From Nitrospirota bacterium (GTDB lineage Bacteria > Nitrospirota > Thermodesulfovibrionia > Thermodesulfovibrionales > Dissulfurispiraceae), in assembly GCA_040754455.1 (NCBI GenBank), contig JBFMCP010000056.1, forward strand, positions 1 to 13,559: DNA of 13,559 bases. Direction: 5' to 3'. The notes under the pieces were generated by a model. The model saw only the letters and a program-made list of their open reading frames with translations, was not told where the DNA came from and made no database searches. The number at the start of each line of letters is the position of its first letter. The first letter of the stretch is position 1. Position numbers and translations under genes: made by a program. Positions 6,711 to 13,559 of this stretch are shown here, piece by piece.

Positions 6711-6731
6711 CTTGCGTAGGTCCAGAAATAT

Positions 6732-7847
6732 ATGAACTCGCTTAAACAGAAAATCATCGACAAGATTTCTTCGGAAGGGCCGATCAGTTTCGAGACCTTT
6801 ATGGAGATGGCACTCTACGATCCGGGGCTCGGCTACTATGCAAAGGAATCGACCGTGATCGGTAAGGCAGGCGACTTTTACACCAGTCCCCACCTCCATG
6901 CCATCTTCGGCGCCATGCTGGGCAGACAGATGGAAGAGATGTGGCTTCTTATGGAAAGGCCGGACTGCTTTCAGATCGTCGAGATGGGAGCGGGCATGGG
7001 CTATCTTGCAAAAGACATGCTCGATTATCTAAAGGGAAAAGATATTTTCGATCACCTCACCTATACCATTATCGAACTGAACCCGAATATAAAGGCCCGG
7101 CAACAGACGCTTCTGGCAGACCTCAGGGCGAAGGTGACGTGGACATCCGGGCTTAATGAATTAGGCCCCGTGCAAGGATGTTTTCTCTCCAACGAATTGC
7201 TCGATGCCTTTCCGGTCAGGCTGGTTGAGATGGATGATGAGGTTAATGAAGTGTATGTAGCGCATTCCGGTGCGAGTGGTCTTGCCGAAGTGAAACGGCC
7301 CTGCAGCAGCGAGATAAAAGATTATTTCAATGCCTTTTCGATCCGGCTTGAAAAAGGGTACAAGACCGAGGTCAATCTGAGAATCAAGGACTGGTTGAGA
7401 GAGATAAGCAGCCGTCTCTCCGAGGGGTTCATCCTGACGATCGACTATGGCTATTCCGCACAGGAATATTACAGTGAAGAACGGAAGAGGGGAACACTCC
7501 TCTGCTATTACCGGCACCAGATCAGTGATGATCCCTACCAGCATATCGGAGAGCAGGACATAACCGCCCATGTTAACTTTTCATCTTTAAAGAAATGGGG
7601 AGAAGAGCTCGGTATTGCTGCGATCGGGTTCTGTCCCCAGGGGACATATCTCGTCTCTCTCGGCATCGATGAGGTCATCAGAGAGCGCTACGGCGATGCT
7701 CCCGATCCGTTCGAGATGGCGAAGATCAAAGGATTGCTTTTCCCTCAGGGGATGGGTGAATCACATAGCATAATGATCCAGTATAAAGGCGGACGGCAGC
7801 CGGTATTACGCGGGTTCAGCGTCAGGAATCGGGTGAAGAGGCTGTAG
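6732..7847 (+). CDS. SAM-dependent methyltransferase, MidA/NDUFAF7 family
   Basis: Motifs FMEMALY.P.LGYY, GDFYTSP, EMGAGMGYLA.D.L, SNELLDAFP, IDYGY and QDITAHVNF. Confidence 0.93.
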   Translation: MNSLKQKIIDKISSEGPISFETFMEMALYDPGLGYYAKESTVIGKAGDFYTSPHLHAIFGAMLGRQMEEMWLLMERPDCFQIVEMGAGMGYLAKDMLDYLKGKDIFDHLTYTIIELNPNIKARQQTLLADLRAKVTWTSGLNELGPVQGCFLSNELLDAFPVRLVEMDDEVNEVYVAHSGASGLAEVKRPCSSEIKDYFNAFSIRLEKGYKTEVNLRIKDWLREISSRLSEGFILTIDYGYSAQEYYSEERKRGTLLCYYRHQISDDPYQHIGEQDITAHVNFSSLKKWGEELGIAAIGFCPQGTYLVSLGIDEVIRERYGDAPDPFEMAKIKGLLFPQGMGESHSIMIQYKGGRQPVLRGFSVRNRVKRL

Positions 7848-7853
7848 GGCTGT

Positions 7854-8621
7854 TTATCGGAGCTTCTGGAGCAATCCTTTGAGGCGATCCATACTTTTCA
7901 CTACCCGCTCAGGGGTATGTGCCTCAATAGTGTAGATGCATTCCCTGTCGTGCAATTCCGAAAAGAGTGTGATGAAATCGATCGTACCGTCGCCGAGGGG
8001 AAGGTGCTGGTCGGCGCTCTTGTCGTTATCATGGAGATGGAGCTCGATAATATAAGACTTGAGCTCCTTCAACCAGGCGGTAAGGGGAAGCGGAGAGAAG
8101 AGATTGCAGTGCCCTGCATCGAAGCAGATCCCGAACGTATCGGAGTCCATGCGCTCCATGAGCATTCTAAGGTTTGAGGGTTCGTCTTCGAAGATATTTT
8201 CGATGGCGATTTTTACTCCGAGGCCTTTCGCCCTCTCGTGAAGCGGCTGCCAGGTCGCAAGACTTTTCTCAAGCCAGAGCGCTACATTGAAGGCATACTT
8301 CCATTTCTCGTACCCCGAATGAAACACGATGCACTGCGGGGCGAGCACCTCGGCAATGTCCAGAACCTTATTGAAGCGCTCCATGGTGGCTGCCCGCACT
8401 TTTGTATCGACCGCGCCCGGTGAGAGGTCCATGAAAGGGGCGTGAAAAGTAAGAGCGGGTGCATGGGCAAAGCTGCTCTTTAAAGCGTCAAGGGATGCCG
8501 CATCGAGGGAATCGAGGCTCTGTCCGTTGAAATAGATTTCAAGGTCGAGCCTATGCCGGAGAATGAAATCCCGATGTTCCTCTATCTTGTCATAGGGGAC
8601 GTGCACATGGGGACGGATCAT
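7854..8621 (-). CDS. Sugar phosphate isomerase/epimerase family (xylose isomerase/AP-endonuclease-2 TIM barrel) protein
   Basis: Motifs [33 protein letters not shown]....[12 protein letters not shown] and TIEAH. Its ATG overlaps the upstream stop codon (ATGA). Confidence 0.88.
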   Translation of the reverse strand: MIRPHVHVPYDKIEEHRDFILRHRLDLEIYFNGQSLDSLDAASLDALKSSFAHAPALTFHAPFMDLSPGAVDTKVRAATMERFNKVLDIAEVLAPQCIVFHSGYEKWKYAFNVALWLEKSLATWQPLHERAKGLGVKIAIENIFEDEPSNLRMLMERMDSDTFGICFDAGHCNLFSPLPLTAWLKELKSYIIELHLHDNDKSADQHLPLGDGTIDFITLFSELHDRECIYTIEAHTPERVVKSMDRLKGLLQKLR

Positions 8622-8923
8622 TCGCTTTTTGGAGAGGCGGTATTTTTGGCGGCATTCGATGCGGTCGCTGCCTTGGATTCTGATGCGGCTGCCGGCTTCG
8701 CAGTATCTTTCTTGTTGGAACTCTCTTTTGCAGAGCTATCGGATTTGCGTGCGTAGTCGGTAATGTACCAGCCGCTCCCTTTGAGGACAAAAGAGGTGTT
8801 TGAAATGAGCTTTTTCAATTCGCCGCCGCATTCAGGACATGCGGTCAGAGGTGCGTCACTGAATTTCTGCATGAGCTCATGGTTCTTTCCGCACTGGAGA
8901 CATTCGTATTCATAGATGGGCAT
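8618..8923 (-). CDS. FmdB-family zinc-ribbon putative regulatory protein (101 aa)
   Basis: [10 protein letters not shown]...E......CPECGG.LKKLIS...F.LKGSGWY.TDY plus an Ala/Ser/Lys-rich tail. The AGGAGG RBS selects ATG 8923 rather than 8986. Confidence 0.92.
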   Translation of the reverse strand: MPIYEYECLQCGKNHELMQKFSDAPLTACPECGGELKKLISNTSFVLKGSGWYITDYARKSDSSAKESSNKKDTAKPAAASESKAATASNAAKNTASPKSE

Positions 8924-8956
8924 AGTGGTACCTCCTGAAAAAAACGTTATCGTATA

Positions 8957-8986
8957 ACTATACCCAAGCAAAATCGGCGAGGTCAA
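8957..8986 (-). promoter_or_regulatory. Candidate sigma70 promoter for the zinc-ribbon/isomerase operon
   Basis: Minus strand TTGACC-N18-TATAGT. Confidence 0.5.
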
Positions 8987-9025
8987 GGAGACGCGCCTTT
9001 TTTTATTGAGAACTGATTAAAATTA

Positions 9026-9055
9026 TTGACTTTATTCTGAGAATTCTGTTTTAAT
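9026..9055 (+). promoter_or_regulatory. Candidate sigma70 promoter for rplU-rpmA
   Basis: TTGACT-N18-TTTAAT with TGn extension and AT-rich upstream sequence. Confidence 0.5.
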
Positions 9056-9090
9056 AATAGTTCGAAATTCATCGGGAGGTATAATTGGAT

Positions 9091-9405
9091 ATGTATGCGA
9101 TAGTCGAAGCAGGCGGCAGTCAGATCAGAGTGGCCGCTGGAGATACGGTACGCGTCGAGAGAATGAGCGGCGACGTGAATAGTGAAGTCGTTATGGATAA
9201 AGTCCTGATGATTGCCGGCGAAGGCAAGACGGTGGTGGGGAAGCCCTACGTTGATGGAGCAAAGGTGAAGGCCGAAATCATCGGTAATGGCAGGATGGAT
9301 AAGGTGCTTGTATTAAGGACCACCCCGAAGAAGGCCCACAACAAGGTGCGGGGACATAGGCAGCACTATACTACATTGAAAATCAAGGAAATTATTGGAG
9401 GTTAA
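9091..9405 (+). CDS. rplU: 50S ribosomal protein L21
   Basis: [15 protein letters not shown]...VE...GKPYV.GAKV.AEI...GHRQ.YT.LKI..I; GGAGG RBS. TTG 9085 is an alternative start. Confidence 0.97.
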   Translation: MYAIVEAGGSQIRVAAGDTVRVERMSGDVNSEVVMDKVLMIAGEGKTVVGKPYVDGAKVKAEIIGNGRMDKVLVLRTTPKKAHNKVRGHRQHYTTLKIKEIIGG

Positions 9406-9407
9406 CC

Positions 9408-9689
9408 ATGGCACATAAAAAAGGTGTTGGAAGCTCAAGGAACGGACGTGACAGCGAGTCAAAACGGCTTGGGGTAAAGAGATTCGGTGGACAGTTTGTC
9501 CGTGCGGGCAATATTCTTGTCAGGCAGCGCGGCACACAGTTCCACAAGGGCGCAAACGTCGGGATCGGCACTGACCATACCCTCTTTGCGCTGATCGACG
9601 GTGTCGTGAAGTTCGAGAGAAAAGACAAGACCAGAACGAAGATCAGTGTTTACCCGGTCACCGAGGCTCCTGCTGCACCTGTAGCGTAG
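9408..9689 (+). CDS. rpmA: 50S ribosomal protein L27
   Basis: [24 protein letters not shown]...[10 protein letters not shown]...DHTLFAL.DG.VKFE. Confidence 0.99.
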   Translation: MAHKKGVGSSRNGRDSESKRLGVKRFGGQFVRAGNILVRQRGTQFHKGANVGIGTDHTLFALIDGVVKFERKDKTRTKISVYPVTEAPAAPVA

Positions 9690-9709
9690 TAAAAGCATTT
9701 ATTAAAAAG

Positions 9710-9742
9710 AAAGGCGGTCTGCTTCCGTAGACTGCCTTTTTT
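9710..9742 (+). terminator. Rho-independent terminator after rpmA
   Basis: AAGGCGGTCTGC-TTCC-GTAGACTGCCTT forms a 12-bp stem (2 G-U) running into T6. Confidence 0.85.
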
Positions 9743-9754
9743 GTTATCGACATT

Positions 9755-12031
<2,277 letters not shown>

Positions 12032-12060
12032 GAGGGCAAGGGAACATGACGGTGCCATAG

Positions 12061-13332
12061 TCAGGCGCATACCTTGTTCTTCCCTGCCCGTTTGGCCTCG
12101 TAGAGCTTATCGTCGGCCGTTTTGATCAACTGCTCTATGGAGCGTTCGTTCTCGGGCGAGTAATCGGCGATGCCGAAGCTCGCGGTGATCCTCTGTGCAG
12201 TCCCTTCGCAATTAAAATCATAGCCTGCTATCTTCTCCCGTACCTTTTCAGCGATGAAGGCGGCCCTCTCGTTATCCACACCGTCGAGTATGATCAACAG
12301 CTCTTCACCACCGTACCTGAACCCGTAGTCGGAGCCCCTGATGCTCTCTTTTATAATCGCTCCTATGTGCCGCAGCACACAGTCTCCGGCAAGATGACCG
12401 TACGTGTCATTGATCGTTTTGAAGTCGTCAATATCCAAAAGTACAATTGAGAACTTCCGGTCGGTCAGGCGCGATATCTTGATCTTTTGCTTTAAGAGTT
12501 GGTCAAGCGCCTTGCGGCTGTAGAGACCGGTGAGCGGATCTTTGACCAGCTCGCGCATGGTGCGCTCCGTGGTGAGGATGGTCAGAAGGTTGTTCAGAAT
12601 GAAGAGAAGCTTATGGTTATTGATATAGGTAGAGAGGACTTCGGTGTAGTAGGCATTGTTGATAAAATAGAAGATGCTCTGCGCATCGGCGTAGAGCCGC
12701 TTGTGGAGGTCGTACAGGTACGCCCTGTTTTCCGGGCGTATGAACTCTTCCGAGTACTCGCTGATGAGCCACTTGAAGAACTCCGATTTATCCGTATCCA
12801 GGTCCGGGAGCAGTTCCTCATCTTCGAGTTCGATCGCCTTGATGATCTGCTTCAGCCAGACCAGCTGCGCCTTGATGAGGTCGGATTCCAGCTCCTTGCA
12901 CTTCTTGACCTCATCGAGAAGGTTGGTGATATCTTTTTTGTCGCGCTCGATCATGCAGCTCAGGTAGCCCTTTGCCATGAAGCGCTTCATGGTCCTGAAG
13001 ACCCCAAGGATAGAATAATCCAGAGCGACGCTCCTGCATGTCTTTACGAACTCCTCATAGAGCAGTTCAACCCCGATGACAAAACTGGTGTAGGGTATCG
13101 ACCCCTCGTAATGGACCTTCCCCAGCTTTATATAACGTTCCTTGACGCGGTCTTCAGATTCGAAGAGCGACTGCTTGAAGCTCTCTTTCTGCCTGTCCAC
13201 CAGCGACTTGATCAGTGCCGCATCATTGGAGAATATCGAGGAAAAGTGACGGTCGGAAAGGAGACGCTCATAGAAACTCTGAAAAACGTCGTCGAGGTAG
13301 GGGCACAGGGATTGTAGATGTTCGTTGCTCAA
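12061..13332 (-). CDS. Diguanylate cyclase: protoglobin-like sensor + CZB-like domain + GGDEF
   Basis: C-terminal DPLTGL.SR, DIDDFK.INDTYGH.AGD, RGSD.....GGEEL (GGEEL at 12312-12298) and ADDKLYEAK.AGKN. N-terminal globin pattern FY..L......IF...LVDRQK...LGKVHY (His at 13113-13111). The start is uncertain: TTG 13332 after GAAAGG is preferred because ATG 13392 lies in the -10 box and TTG 13440 lies inside the IS tip. Confidence 0.9.
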   Translation of the reverse strand: MSNEHLQSLCPYLDDVFQSFYERLLSDRHFSSIFSNDAALIKSLVDRQKESFKQSLFESEDRVKERYIKLGKVHYEGSIPYTSFVIGVELLYEEFVKTCRSVALDYSILGVFRTMKRFMAKGYLSCMIERDKKDITNLLDEVKKCKELESDLIKAQLVWLKQIIKAIELEDEELLPDLDTDKSEFFKWLISEYSEEFIRPENRAYLYDLHKRLYADAQSIFYFINNAYYTEVLSTYINNHKLLFILNNLLTILTTERTMRELVKDPLTGLYSRKALDQLLKQKIKISRLTDRKFSIVLLDIDDFKTINDTYGHLAGDCVLRHIGAIIKESIRGSDYGFRYGGEELLIILDGVDNERAAFIAEKVREKIAGYDFNCEGTAQRITASFGIADYSPENERSIEQLIKTADDKLYEAKRAGKNKVCA

Positions 13333-13387
13333 TTTCTGCCTTTCGTTGGCAAACGCTGTTCTCGTAGCATCTTGAGAACTGAGGTCT

Positions 13388-13416
13388 AACATACCAGAAA
13401 TCAAGGAGAATGTCAA
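13388..13416 (-). promoter_or_regulatory. Sigma70 promoter for the diguanylate cyclase
   Basis: Minus strand TTGACA (13416-13411)-N17-TATGTT (13393-13388), with an extended -10 TGn. Confidence 0.65.
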
Positions 13417-13434
13417 AGGACGGCAGGGGAATTT

Positions 13435-13559
13435 TGTCAAGCCAATTTAGAAATGTCCTGTTTTTACCAAAATAGAAATGTCCGGTTTATGCCGCCGCCG
13501 TCTGCGGGGCTTTTCGCTTGTCGCGGTTGATGTTGAACTTCCGCCAAGGATGATCCTTA
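13435..13559 (-). mobile_element. Downstream end of an IS1202-like (ISNCY/IS481-related) insertion sequence, truncated by the window edge
   Basis: The tip begins TGT. Two 17-bp repeats, CCAATTTAGAAATGTCC (13442-13458) and CCAAAATAGAAATGTCC (13467-13483), resemble transposase-binding sites. An adjacent ORF tail carries the DHPWR motif. Confidence 0.8.
13487..13558 (-). CDS. C-terminal fragment of an IS1202-like transposase (partial, not in the ORF track)
   Basis: Minus strand translates as KDHPWRKFNINRDKRKAPQTAAA-stop, ending 3 bp before the inner terminal repeat. HPWR is a C-terminal motif I recognise from this transposase group. Confidence 0.72.
   Translation of the reverse strand, partial: KDHPWRKFNINRDKRKAPQTAAA

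Noticed and set aside
12499..13317. 272-aa plus-strand ORF
   Set aside because: In-register antisense of the diguanylate cyclase, explained by codon bias.
13384..13411. Possible dif/Xer site near the IS1202-like end (GTATGTTAGAC resembles an XerD arm)
   Set aside because: The XerC arm is poor, the site is 23 bp from the IS tip rather than about 5, and the bases are better explained as the promoter -10 box.

Overview
A 13.6-kb bacterial chromosomal segment bounded by two insertion-sequence relics. My impression from gene content is a Gram-negative anaerobe such as Nitrospirota or Desulfobacterota, but this is inference. The left end (2-980) is an IS256-family element with both terminal inverted repeats, whose transposase is broken by a lost start codon and two internal deletions. 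Next come an accessory envelope cluster (two paralogous surface-adhesin-E-like secreted proteins flanking an M48 Zn-peptidase), three small hypothetical proteins and a lytic transglycosylase. A housekeeping block follows: nadA, a MidA/NDUFAF7-type methyltransferase, a TIM-barrel isomerase, an FmdB-type zinc-ribbon protein and rplU-rpmA-obgE-proB. Convergent with proB is a globin + CZB-like + GGDEF diguanylate cyclase. The window ends in the tip and transposase C-terminus of an IS1202-like (ISNCY) element that the ORF track misses. The strongest unexplained signals are: (i) a ~58-nt promoter-to-terminator sRNA candidate at ~4096-4039 whose single-stranded part is complementary to an RBS plus AUG; (ii) two different 150-160 bp inverted-repeat-bounded intergenic elements between co-oriented housekeeping genes, one with nested 8-mer and 7-mer repeat architecture; (iii) a ~21-bp-phased array of dyads upstream of a sigma54-type promoter; (iv) a cyclase whose CZB-like domain appears to have lost three of its four zinc ligands.
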